Positions 18,852 through 27,015 of a stretch of 64,000 nucleotides of DNA are shown here, piece by piece. The notes beneath the pieces are model-generated. The model was not told the origin of the DNA, did no database searches, and was given only the letters and a program-made list of their open reading frames with translations. The first letter of the stretch is position 1; each line of letters opens with the position of its first letter. This stretch comes from a virus (Duplodnaviria > Caudoviricetes), in IMG/VR virus record IMGVR_UViG_3300010311_001094, positions 29,466 through 93,465 of that record; one strand, 5' to 3'. Position numbers and translations under genes: made by a program.

Positions 18852-19055
18852 TTATTCGTCGTTGTACTTCTCGTGGATGATGCCGAGGATCTTGTCCTGT
18901 TCCTCGATGCTGATGCCCATGCTTTCGAGTGCCTCCCTCGTGCCGCAGTCCGGGCAGATGATCGTGTCGTTGTCGTAGCGGGATAGGGCAGGGCGCTCGG
19001 TGTAGGTGCGTCCGCATTTCGGACATGTACGCTTTTCAAAAACTTGTTCTTTCAT
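18852..19055 (-). CDS. Zinc-ribbon protein
   Basis: CPKCG...PALSR..N...ICPDCG. Confidence 0.75.
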   Translation of the reverse strand: MKEQVFEKRTCPKCGRTYTERPALSRYDNDTIICPDCGTREALESMGISIEEQDKILGIIHEKYNDE

Positions 19056-19057
19056 TT

Positions 19058-19519
19058 TCAGTCCTCCTTTGTGCTTCTCATGTATGCCCTGTCAAGGTAC
19101 TTCAAATCAAATCCGAAGTTGCGGTAGCCTTCCTCGCAGGTGCGGATGTAGGTCATTGACGGGATCGCAATCTCACGCTCCTCGTGCATGATGTAGACAA
19201 ATGCCGTGACCTTTTTGGTCTTGCCGTTTGCCAGCCTGATTGGCAGGCGGACTTCCTTCTTGTAGTAGAAGTTCGGGTAGCCCTCGTAGATGTCGAGGTG
19301 CTTCTCATCGTCGGCTGTCACTTCCCACACGGCGACCGGAACAAGCCCGCCGTCCTTCGGCTCGATGGTGAGGTACGCTCCCGTCTTGCTGCCCTTGAAG
19401 AGCAGTTCGTAGTCAGGAATCGCGGAAATGCCGATGGGCTTTGCGCCTGGGCAGCGGAATCGCATCTGGCGGATGTTGAGGTTGCTGCCGTAGGCTATGT
19501 AGTATTTTTTCTTGTTCAT
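19058..19519 (-). CDS. Gamma-glutamylcyclotransferase (AIG2-like) family protein
   Basis: YIAYGSNL; LDIYEGYP. Confidence 0.9.
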   Translation of the reverse strand: MNKKKYYIAYGSNLNIRQMRFRCPGAKPIGISAIPDYELLFKGSKTGAYLTIEPKDGGLVPVAVWEVTADDEKHLDIYEGYPNFYYKKEVRLPIRLANGKTKKVTAFVYIMHEEREIAIPSMTYIRTCEEGYRNFGFDLKYLDRAYMRSTKED

Positions 19520-19558
19520 GCTATGTTCTCCTTTGCGTTTTTTCCTTGCGGTAGTGCT

Positions 19559-19587
19559 ATGTTAACTCATTTCGGCGGCATTATCAA
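19559..19587 (-). promoter_or_regulatory. Repeated promoter module, copy E
   Basis: TTGATA-N17-TAACAT; TGCACAA-N26-ATCTG. Confidence 0.7.
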
Positions 19588-19852
19588 GCGAGTAAATGAA
19601 CAGATCATCGAGGGCGATTCTGTGCCGTATGTTGTGCATTTTATGCCTTGCCTACATTTGCGTTGTGTGGCGCGGTTGACTGAGATGGGATACCGATTCG
19701 GAGGATACCCTTTCCGCCCCACACGGGGGTGCGGGTTGCCAGTGGCAACCTCTGCGAAGCAGAAGCACCGACCGAGGCGAGAGCCGAGACCGTGGCGGCT
19801 GTGTGCGCCGCCGTGCCGTTCCGCTTGTTCTTCCGCCCCGAAGGGCAGGCCT

Positions 19853-20797
19853 TTAAGATCTGCCGAAGCGGAAGCTGTTGTCGCCCGTAAGATTCTCAGT
19901 GAGGACCTCTCTCGCCGTTGCGAATTCATCCCCGATGAATCCCATTCTCATCAGCCAAGTCCGCATGGCGAACTTTTTGTTTTCCTTCTGCTGTTCCTTG
20001 GGGCTGGCGCTCCGCAGGTCCTTTGCCATCTGGCTCATTGCGAGGCAGAGCTGAATGTAGCTCTTGAGCTTGCCTGCGTGGAGCCCGTTCTGCTTGCCGT
20101 TGGAAGGCGGTGCGAACTGGAAAAGTCTGAACTCGACCGTGCCTTTGGTGAAGGTAGCGTGGAGGTTGAGCATGTGATAGCGGCTGTCGTTGTAGTGGTG
20201 GGTTCTGCCGTATTCGCAGCCCTGTGCGCCGTACCAGATGTCCGCAAGCTGTGCCATCGTGGTGGGCTTTTTGCGGTTGAGCTGTTCAAGGAATCTCGGG
20301 TCAACTGTTCTGCAGTAGCGGCGCATTCTGCTCTGGTCTACTCTGATTGCCTCGGCGATCAGGGTTTCGTGGCTTGCCATCAGGTTTGCGAGGTTTCTCA
20401 AGGTCTGCGGTGTGTGTCCCTGGGCTCCAATGTGGCAGTGGACTCCACATCCCCGCGTGTAATCACTGCGCGCTCCTGCCTTCCTGAGCTTTCTCACAAG
20501 CTCCTGCAGGGTTTCGATGTCTGCGTAGTGCAGGATCGGTGTGACCAGTTCGCACTTTTCGCTGTCGGGGCCTGCGATGCTGACGTCCTTCTGGAATTTC
20601 CACTCGCGTCCCTGTGCATCCCATGCGCTGTAGGTTTCGTAGCCGTTGCGGTGTGCGGTGTACTCGGTGCGGCCGGTGCCGAAGAAGTCGGCGGCGAGCT
20701 TTGCGGCAGCCTTGCGGGTGATGTTGTTCATCTCGATCTCCACCCCTATCGACTGCTCCTTCGTTCTGCTCTGCTGCTGTGCGGTCTTCTCAGTCAT
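19853..20797 (-). CDS. Putative amidoligase (COOH-NH2 ligase type 2)
   Basis: IGVEIEM, DVSI, ELVTPIL, CGVHCHI, RYHMLN, TVEFRLF. Confidence 0.88.
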   Translation of the reverse strand: MTEKTAQQQSRTKEQSIGVEIEMNNITRKAAAKLAADFFGTGRTEYTAHRNGYETYSAWDAQGREWKFQKDVSIAGPDSEKCELVTPILHYADIETLQELVRKLRKAGARSDYTRGCGVHCHIGAQGHTPQTLRNLANLMASHETLIAEAIRVDQSRMRRYCRTVDPRFLEQLNRKKPTTMAQLADIWYGAQGCEYGRTHHYNDSRYHMLNLHATFTKGTVEFRLFQFAPPSNGKQNGLHAGKLKSYIQLCLAMSQMAKDLRSASPKEQQKENKKFAMRTWLMRMGFIGDEFATAREVLTENLTGDNSFRFGRS

Positions 20798-20852
20798 TTT
20801 TGTATCCTCCGATTCGGTTTTTCGGTGGGCGTTTGCCCTTCCGTTGTGTCAC

Positions 20853-20881
20853 ATGTTACCGTCTTTCGGAGGATATAGCAA
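20853..20881 (-). promoter_or_regulatory. Repeated promoter module, copy F
   Basis: TTGCTA-N17-TAACAT, leader ACAACGGAAGGGCAAACGCCCACCG identical to copy B. Confidence 0.78.
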
Positions 20882-20942
20882 GCCGCTAAAACCACAGAAT
20901 ATCGAGGAAAATACATTGCGCATATCTGGTGTATGTGTACAC

Positions 20943-20971
20943 TTGATATCCTTGAAATTCTATGGTATACT
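20943..20971 (+). promoter_or_regulatory. Divergent promoter, back-to-back with copy F
   Basis: TTGATA-N17-TATACT with extended TG. Confidence 0.55.
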
Positions 20972-20994
20972 CGGATACAATGGAATAGGCTCTT

Positions 20995-21243
20995 CTATTT
21001 TCCGGGGCCCCCATTGCGGTCAGAAATGACCTGGAAATCATCCACGCCTTCTATAAGGGAGAGCGTTCTGCCGTTCTGCCAGACCATGTGTATGTTGCCG
21101 CCGTCATCGACCATCTGAACCTCGCCGATTGTTCCGGGCGGCACTGGTGCGTAGGGATCGTCCATGTGCTTCAGTCGGATAAGGGTGCCTTCGGGATAAC
21201 GCTCCCGCAAGGCTCTGAGCTGTCGTTCATTCGGAAACTGCAT
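20995..21243 (-). CDS. DUF4314 family protein
   Basis: YPEGT.IRL..MDDP...PPGT.GEV..VDD.G.IH..W. Confidence 0.85.
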   Translation of the reverse strand: MQFPNERQLRALRERYPEGTLIRLKHMDDPYAPVPPGTIGEVQMVDDGGNIHMVWQNGRTLSLIEGVDDFQVISDRNGGPGK

Positions 21244-22135
21244 TGTTCTCTTCCTCCTCGTTCTGTTCTTCTTTGGCAACATCACGCTTTGCCTTCTGCT
21301 TTGCCTCCCAGCGTTCACGCTCCTCATCGTTGCGGAATGCGGTGTGTCCGGAAAGCGGAGCCATGAGGCGCTTGCGGTCAACCTTGAAGTCAGCACCGTT
21401 CAGCCCAAGGCGGATCAGCCAGATGCGGAGTGCGTACTTTTCGTTGCTGTCATCGACATCCTTTGCTTGCACACGTTTCTGCGTGATCGCCATCTTGTTC
21501 ATAGCTGCGGCGAGCTTGGTGAAGGTCTTCACCGTCTCGGCATCCTGTGCTGCACCGAAGCCGTCAAAGATCAGTTTGTCATCGGCGAAACGGATGCCCT
21601 TCAGTTCGGGATTCGTTTCCTCCCATACTCTGATGTAGGCGATAAGCTCGTGGATGCTGCGGAAGGTCTTGTCATCGAGGATCGCATCGGCGAGGCTCTT
21701 GTCTGCGAAGAACTGTCCGCCGGTCGCCTTGCTGAGAAGTGCGCCGCGGGAGTGGATCATGCAGATAAGGTTTGTAAGGCTCTGCACCGTGTGCTCTGCA
21801 ATCGGGAAGCTGATGCTTGCGAGCAGCGGAAATCCGCTGCTCGGTTCGTCAGGGATATCCGGCTCTGATTCAGCCGAAGCATCCGTTTCTTCCGGCGGTG
21901 CTACTGTTTTGCTTTCATATCCTGCCTCTGCAAGCCCATTCAGTACCTTCTCTACGATATCTGTGTCGATGCGGTCGCTGAAACTGAGGACTGCGTTTTT
22001 GTCCAGGGTGAAGAAGTCGATCTGGTATCTGCAGCCCGGTACACCGAGGTACTTGACCTCTGCTCCTGTCAGCTCGCCGATTTTCTGTGCCAGTGCCTTG
22101 CGCTGGCTCTTTTCAATATTGAACTTGATTTCCAT
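21227..22135 (-). CDS. Conserved prophage protein (family often labelled virulence-related)
   Basis: RKALAQKI...YLGVP; C-terminal NEKYALRIWLIRLGL...LSGHTAFR. Confidence 0.75.
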   Translation of the reverse strand: MEIKFNIEKSQRKALAQKIGELTGAEVKYLGVPGCRYQIDFFTLDKNAVLSFSDRIDTDIVEKVLNGLAEAGYESKTVAPPEETDASAESEPDIPDEPSSGFPLLASISFPIAEHTVQSLTNLICMIHSRGALLSKATGGQFFADKSLADAILDDKTFRSIHELIAYIRVWEETNPELKGIRFADDKLIFDGFGAAQDAETVKTFTKLAAAMNKMAITQKRVQAKDVDDSNEKYALRIWLIRLGLNGADFKVDRKRLMAPLSGHTAFRNDEERERWEAKQKAKRDVAKEEQNEEEENNAVSE

Positions 22136-22203
22136 ATGATTACCTCCGTTTTTACTGCCGCCCCTCAGCCTTGTGCGTTGGGCTGCGGCGTTTTCGTAGT
22201 CAC

Positions 22204-22232
22204 ATATTACCGTCTTTTGCCCCGGAATGCAA
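22204..22232 (-). promoter_or_regulatory. Repeated promoter module, copy G
   Basis: TTGCAT-N17-TAATAT; TGCACAA-N26-TTCTC. Confidence 0.72.
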
Positions 22233-22367
22233 GACTGTAAAACGGAGAATGTACGGGGCGTGTCTGCCCTTTAGATTGTGCATAGTACAGAATAGAAAGA
22301 AGCCCTGCGGCAGAACATCTGATTTAGTATCAGAATGTTCACAATTTGCTGCATGGCTTCTTTATTA

Positions 22368-22706
22368 CTATTTCTTTTTCGGTGCGAAAACCCTGACCGG
22401 AACGTGCTGTTCCCGGCAATGGTCTATCACATATTTCGTGCCGCGTGACTGTCCGTCCCAGAATGCCAGCACCACATCTGCATAGGCGATAATCTCCAGA
22501 TTCCGTTTCAGCGGGGCGCTTCGTCCGAAGCGTTCATAATCCGGCAGAAATTCCTTCAGCGGAATGCCGTGTGCCTTTGCGTATGCCCGTGCATCAGAAT
22601 CAATACCCCTCGCTCCTCCGCTGACGATCTCTGTGATACCCTCCGGCAGATACCGTTCAAGGTCATTCACATGAAGTCCTCGTGAGCCAATAATTGCTAT
22701 TTTCAT
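22368..22706 (-). CDS. SLOG-family (YspA/DUF2493-like) protein
   Basis: IAIIGSRG, IVSGGARGID, RN, AFWDGQSRGT. Confidence 0.85.
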   Translation of the reverse strand: MKIAIIGSRGLHVNDLERYLPEGITEIVSGGARGIDSDARAYAKAHGIPLKEFLPDYERFGRSAPLKRNLEIIAYADVVLAFWDGQSRGTKYVIDHCREQHVPVRVFAPKKK

Positions 22707-22819
22707 ATCGTGCAACTCCTTGTAGATATATTTTAGATACAATTTATATCCATTTCAAACATTATACCACAGAATAGGTCTAAAATAAAGTCATAATATA
22801 TCTGAAAGGAATTCGTTTT

Positions 22820-23023
22820 ATGGCTATCAAAAGTGTATCCATCCGCATTGAACAGGAGATGCTTGATAAACTTCACGTTGTTGCTGACTACGAAGGTCGT
22901 TCTGCCAACAGTCAGGTTTTGATCCTGATCCGTGATTGCATTGAAAAATATGAGGAAAAGCACGGAAAGATCGAGCTTGGCGGAGACAAGAAATCCGAAA
23001 TAAGTGTATCTCATCGGCACTGA
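22820..23023 (+). CDS. Arc/ribbon-helix-helix DNA-binding protein
   Basis: SVSIRI ribbon, ADYEGRSANSQV. Confidence 0.85.
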   Translation: MAIKSVSIRIEQEMLDKLHVVADYEGRSANSQVLILIRDCIEKYEEKHGKIELGGDKKSEISVSHRH

Positions 23024-23076
23024 ACCGACGCAGGTTCGTCTTTTTCCGATGCTTTCAAAACGGGCGCGTTATGCGT

Positions 23077-25248
23077 TCACTTTTGTGTATCTCTCTGCGC
23101 CACCCAAGCGATACCCGAAAGCACGAAGTATGGAATCGGCAGTGAGATCCCGTTGCCCCACAGCTTGTACTCTGCGGAATCCGTGTAGGGATCAGCAAGC
23201 CATTTCCTGATTTGCTTTTCAGTTTTCGGTTTTCCCTTGGGGTTTGTGACCCGCCGCCATGTCTCCCAGACCTCCGTCCAGAAGGTGATCTTCTCATCGG
23301 TCGGATCGGGAATCGCAAGGTCGGCACACCACCAGTCGGGGAATCCCTGCAATCTGGCGCACTCCACCGGAGTCAGACGACGAACGATATATACCGGCTC
23401 GTCATTCGGAAGGTCGTTCACAAGCGGAGGATCCTTCCAGTCGGATGCGACCAGCGTGTTTGCCTGTTCATGTGCGGCGACTGTGTGGTGAGAATTCTTG
23501 CTTGTGCTGTAGTGATCGGCATCCGGTGCTGCGACAGCATGCCTGTCTGTTGTGTTCAGCGTAAAGCACACATCTTCATTGATACCATCACCCTGCGGTC
23601 CGTTCTGATCGGCGCGACCGATCATCGAGCCTTGCAGTGCATAGGTCTCCTTCTCGGCTACCACAACAGCCTGCTGATTGTCTCCGGCATTTGCACGGAG
23701 CGTGCCGCTTTTGCCGTCACTGTATACATGACCGCCGATACGGGATGCCGCCCCCGGTTCGAGAGCCACCACCGCAACTCCTCCGTGATTGCTGTCCGGG
23801 TTCGCCTCGCTCGTATCAAGGCATCGGGAAATGTCTGTCGGGTAACAATGCCCACGAGCATTTTTCGTGCCGTCCGATGTGAAACGCACATCGAAGGTCT
23901 CCGGTGCAGGTGCTACCACGCAGATGCCGCCCTGATTCGATGTCACAGAATTTCCACCACTTCGGTCGAGCGTTCTGCTTGTGGTCGCCTCATAGAATCC
24001 GCTGTGCGGATTGTCGGACATCATCGCATTGGAATGCTTGCTGCATACACCGAAGGCTTTGATCTCTGGCTGAAAGAGTGTCTGGTCGTTGTTGGTAGCA
24101 AGCGTAGCAGATTTATCAGTTTGCCAGAGAGCGCCCTTGCCGCCGCCTTCGCAGCCTGACCTGATTTTCAGCGTGATCGGTTCAGCGACAAGCGGTACAT
24201 TGTTGCCGCCCGTCCCGGCTCTGCTGCAAAGTGTCTGGCAGGTGTCGTCCTCACGGATCTTCACCCGACCGTCCGTCGGATGGTTTTCGACCGAGAGTGC
24301 GGCGGGAACAACTCCTGCCCTCAGTGTCGGGGAGACTTCCTCCTCGTATCCGATGCTGCGTGCTTTGGCACTGTGTTCTGTGGAGAATCCCGCCGCATGA
24401 AGTACCGCCGGATGGTTGCCGTGATCCTGTGCGACCAGTGCGAGAGCCTTGTTCTCGGTGATGCCGACGCCGCTGTTGCCCTGTGTATTCAGGCAGAGGG
24501 TTCCACCTCCAGCGTCAGACCGCCCGCCTGTCTCTCCAGTGCCTTCTTCAGCACCTCCGGCAGCTCCTTGCCACGCACGGAAGCCCTGCGGAGTATACCC
24601 AGACACGCCTTCGGACTTAAATAGTATTTCTCCGGCACTTCCGCCAGCAAAATCTGCGACAAGGTAGATTCTTGCTCTGCGTTGGGGGACACCCCAGTAT
24701 TGAGCATCGAAAACTCGGTAAGCCACGCTCCATCCGTCTCCCAGATACACGTCTGATTTTGCCCATCTGTGATTTTCAGGCGCAGGCACCTCGATCCCTT
24801 TTTCTTTAACTCCGATAACTGCTTCGAGGACAGCCTTGAAGTCGTTTCCTCCGTTGGATGAGAAAGCGCCGGGGACATTTTCCCAGACGCAGTATCGCGG
24901 ATATCGTCCATTTGTTGCATCCCTCATTTCTTTGATGATGCGGATCGCCTGAAAGAACAGGTTCGACCGATCACCGTCATGGATTCCGGCACGCTTGCCC
25001 GCAATAGACAGGTCCTGACAAGGACTGCCTAAGGTGATGATATCCACCGGCGGAAGCTCTGCGCCGTTTAGCGTAGATACATCACCGTAGTGCTGCACCT
25101 GCGGCAGCCGCTTGTGCGTGACAAGCACCGGAAAAGGTTCAATTTCGCTGCTCCACCTTGGCTCGATCCCTGCGAGGATGCCACCAAGCGGAAAGCCCCC
25201 GGAGCCGTCAAACAGGCTGCCGAGGGTCAAGTGTTTCTTATCCATCAT
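23077..25248 (-). CDS. dcm: DNA (cytosine-5) methyltransferase with expanded variable region
   Basis: SLFDGSGG, GSPCQD, ENV, QRRAR, RRLTPVECARLQGFP, GNG; AAAGGAGG RBS before 25248. Confidence 0.93.
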   Translation of the reverse strand: MMDKKHLTLGSLFDGSGGFPLGGILAGIEPRWSSEIEPFPVLVTHKRLPQVQHYGDVSTLNGAELPPVDIITLGSPCQDLSIAGKRAGIHDGDRSNLFFQAIRIIKEMRDATNGRYPRYCVWENVPGAFSSNGGNDFKAVLEAVIGVKEKGIEVPAPENHRWAKSDVYLGDGWSVAYRVFDAQYWGVPQRRARIYLVADFAGGSAGEILFKSEGVSGYTPQGFRAWQGAAGGAEEGTGETGGRSDAGGGTLCLNTQGNSGVGITENKALALVAQDHGNHPAVLHAAGFSTEHSAKARSIGYEEEVSPTLRAGVVPAALSVENHPTDGRVKIREDDTCQTLCSRAGTGGNNVPLVAEPITLKIRSGCEGGGKGALWQTDKSATLATNNDQTLFQPEIKAFGVCSKHSNAMMSDNPHSGFYEATTSRTLDRSGGNSVTSNQGGICVVAPAPETFDVRFTSDGTKNARGHCYPTDISRCLDTSEANPDSNHGGVAVVALEPGAASRIGGHVYSDGKSGTLRANAGDNQQAVVVAEKETYALQGSMIGRADQNGPQGDGINEDVCFTLNTTDRHAVAAPDADHYSTSKNSHHTVAAHEQANTLVASDWKDPPLVNDLPNDEPVYIVRRLTPVECARLQGFPDWWCADLAIPDPTDEKITFWTEVWETWRRVTNPKGKPKTEKQIRKWLADPYTDSAEYKLWGNGISLPIPYFVLSGIAWVAQRDTQK
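24489..24911 (-). CDS. Nested alternative-frame C5-MTase beta-like polypeptide
   Basis: GAGGG 9 nt before ATG 24911; STLSQILLAEVPEKYYLSPKACLGILRRA resembles the segment normally in-frame in C5-MTases and M.EcoHK31I beta. Confidence 0.7.
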   Translation of the reverse strand: MDDIRDTASGKMSPALSHPTEETTSRLSSKQLSELKKKGSRCLRLKITDGQNQTCIWETDGAWLTEFSMLNTGVSPNAEQESTLSQILLAEVPEKYYLSPKACLGILRRASVRGKELPEVLKKALERQAGGLTLEVEPSA

Positions 25249-25453
25249 CCGCCTCCTTTGCGTTCCTGCACAGATTGAGGAAGTCCTCCCTGATCTGCTC
25301 TCTGTAAGCCATCGCCACCGCAGGAATCTCGTGTGTATACACCGGTCTGCCGATAAAGCCGGAAAGATAGTCATACAGATATTTCAGATCATCGCCCTTG
25401 AGCATAGAAATCTCTGTGTAAGCGGTCACGACCGCGCATTCATGCTTCGTCAT
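25238..25453 (-). CDS. Hypothetical protein, 71 aa
   Basis: Overlaps both neighbouring MTase genes; GRPVYTHE motif. Confidence 0.7.
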   Translation of the reverse strand: MTKHECAVVTAYTEISMLKGDDLKYLYDYLSGFIGRPVYTHEIPAVAMAYREQIREDFLNLCRNAKEADDG

Positions 25454-26225
25454 CGGTATCCTCCCCAAGCATCAGTTCACAGGCTTTATTATAAAAATCC
25501 CGGCTGACTTCAAAGCCGTAGCTGTGTCTGCCAAGCTCCCTCGCCGCACGCAGCGTTGAGCCGGAACCGGCGCAGGGATCGATGACCACATCACCCTCGT
25601 CGGTAAATATCCCGATCAGACGTTTCAGTACGGAAATCGGCTTCTGCGAAGGATGTATCTTCGGGATATCCTTGCCGTCCCGCATCCAGTCAAAATGGTC
25701 GAAGATCATGTGCCTCTTGCCGTATGCATCGGTATTGCGGAACTTCGGCAGCTTTCCCCGATACAGCACCAGAGCATACTCCGTTGCGCCCACGATCCTC
25801 ATGTTCGCCTTCAGCACCTGCGGACTGTAATTCTTCATAAAGCACAAAAACTGATACTTCTTGAAGCCGTATTTCTCCGCCTGCCGGATGACCTCGGGTA
25901 TCTGCTGAAAGGCACAGAATACGATCATGCAGGGAGCATCCTTCTCACCTTTGGACGGCTCCTTTTTGAGCAGCCGGTTACAGAAGGCGAAGTATTCAGC
26001 GATGTTGAAGGTGTAATCCGTGTGGAATGCAGCCTTGTGCGCTTTGCTGCTTTCACCGTTCTGATTGTCACCGTTCACATACCAGTCGGGACGGGATGCG
26101 TAAAAGTCCCCGCCGATATTGTAGGGAATGTCTGCGATGACGAGTTGTGCTTTCGGAATGCAGTAGGATTTGAAGTTCTGGAAATTATCGTGATACAGCT
26201 CACATTTCACATCAGCCATCGACAT
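25440..26225 (-). CDS. DNA N6-adenine/N4-cytosine methyltransferase (beta class)
   Basis: IADIPY, HPSQKP, DPCAGSGST. Confidence 0.88.
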   Translation of the reverse strand: MSMADVKCELYHDNFQNFKSYCIPKAQLVIADIPYNIGGDFYASRPDWYVNGDNQNGESSKAHKAAFHTDYTFNIAEYFAFCNRLLKKEPSKGEKDAPCMIVFCAFQQIPEVIRQAEKYGFKKYQFLCFMKNYSPQVLKANMRIVGATEYALVLYRGKLPKFRNTDAYGKRHMIFDHFDWMRDGKDIPKIHPSQKPISVLKRLIGIFTDEGDVVIDPCAGSGSTLRAARELGRHSYGFEVSRDFYNKACELMLGEDTDDEA

Positions 26226-27015
26226 CCTCCAGTCTCTTTTTCAGCGCCTTGCGGAATTCCTTGGTGCCGAGCTGATTTCCGTCCGTCTGCCATTCCAGTT
26301 CAAAATCAAAACGAGCCTCCAGTTTCCGGACTGACCATCCGGGCTTGAAGGTGCGCCATGTTGCATCATCCCATGCTCTGAGCTGTTTCCAGAGATCAGG
26401 GAAATCGAAATACAGAATCCGCAGCTCGTTCAGCGGCTGCAGCGGACAGCACCAACAGGATACTCGTCCGAACTTCTCATACAGACCGCCCCAGTCGTAG
26501 CCGCGTTCCTTGCAGTATTGCAGGCAGTCGGCTTCGGTCATGCCCCACTCCACAAGCGGCAGCCGGACCTTCGGTCGGCTGTTGCACTTGTGCGTGATGC
26601 GCTCCGTCTCATCGGCGGCGATGCCGATGTACTCGATCACCGTGTACTTCTTTCGCAGTTCGCTGAGGAATTTCTCACGGGGTACTGTTTTCAGAAGATT
26701 GGTACACCACCGCATCAGCGGTCCCGCCCAACTGTATCCGGTCTTGCCGCGCAGTTCCGGCTTTTTCCGTTTGATTGGCTTATGGAGCATGAGATATTCA
26801 AAGGTATATTCGCTCTTGACAGTCGTAACCTTCATGCCGGTATCCTGTTCGACTTTGTGTACATGGTCATACAGTGCCGGGAATTCTAATCCGGTATCGC
26901 AAAACAGCACCAGATCAACCTGCATTCCCATTTCTAACATCTTCAGGAGCATCGCAGTGCTGTCTTTCCCGCCGCTGAAGGAGACCACATGAAGCAGAGG
27001 TTTCAGTTCACCCAT
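26212..27015 (-). CDS. PAPS reductase-family (PP-loop) protein
   Basis: SFSGGKDS, DTG.EFP, RWCT..LK, RVSCWCCP. Confidence 0.88.
   Translation of the reverse strand: MGELKPLLHVVSFSGGKDSTAMLLKMLEMGMQVDLVLFCDTGLEFPALYDHVHKVEQDTGMKVTTVKSEYTFEYLMLHKPIKRKKPELRGKTGYSWAGPLMRWCTNLLKTVPREKFLSELRKKYTVIEYIGIAADETERITHKCNSRPKVRLPLVEWGMTEADCLQYCKERGYDWGGLYEKFGRVSCWCCPLQPLNELRILYFDFPDLWKQLRAWDDATWRTFKPGWSVRKLEARFDFELEWQTDGNQLGTKEFRKALKKRLEDVDG

Noticed and set aside
19184-20878. 564-aa + strand ORF
   Set aside because: Antisense shadow of the amidoligase and GGCT genes, which have clear motifs and RBSs.
15790-22300. Repeats as a CRISPR array or attC integron
   Set aside because: Repeats are degenerate promoter modules separated by whole genes; no constant repeat-spacer period, cas genes, integron integrase or attC R/L boxes.
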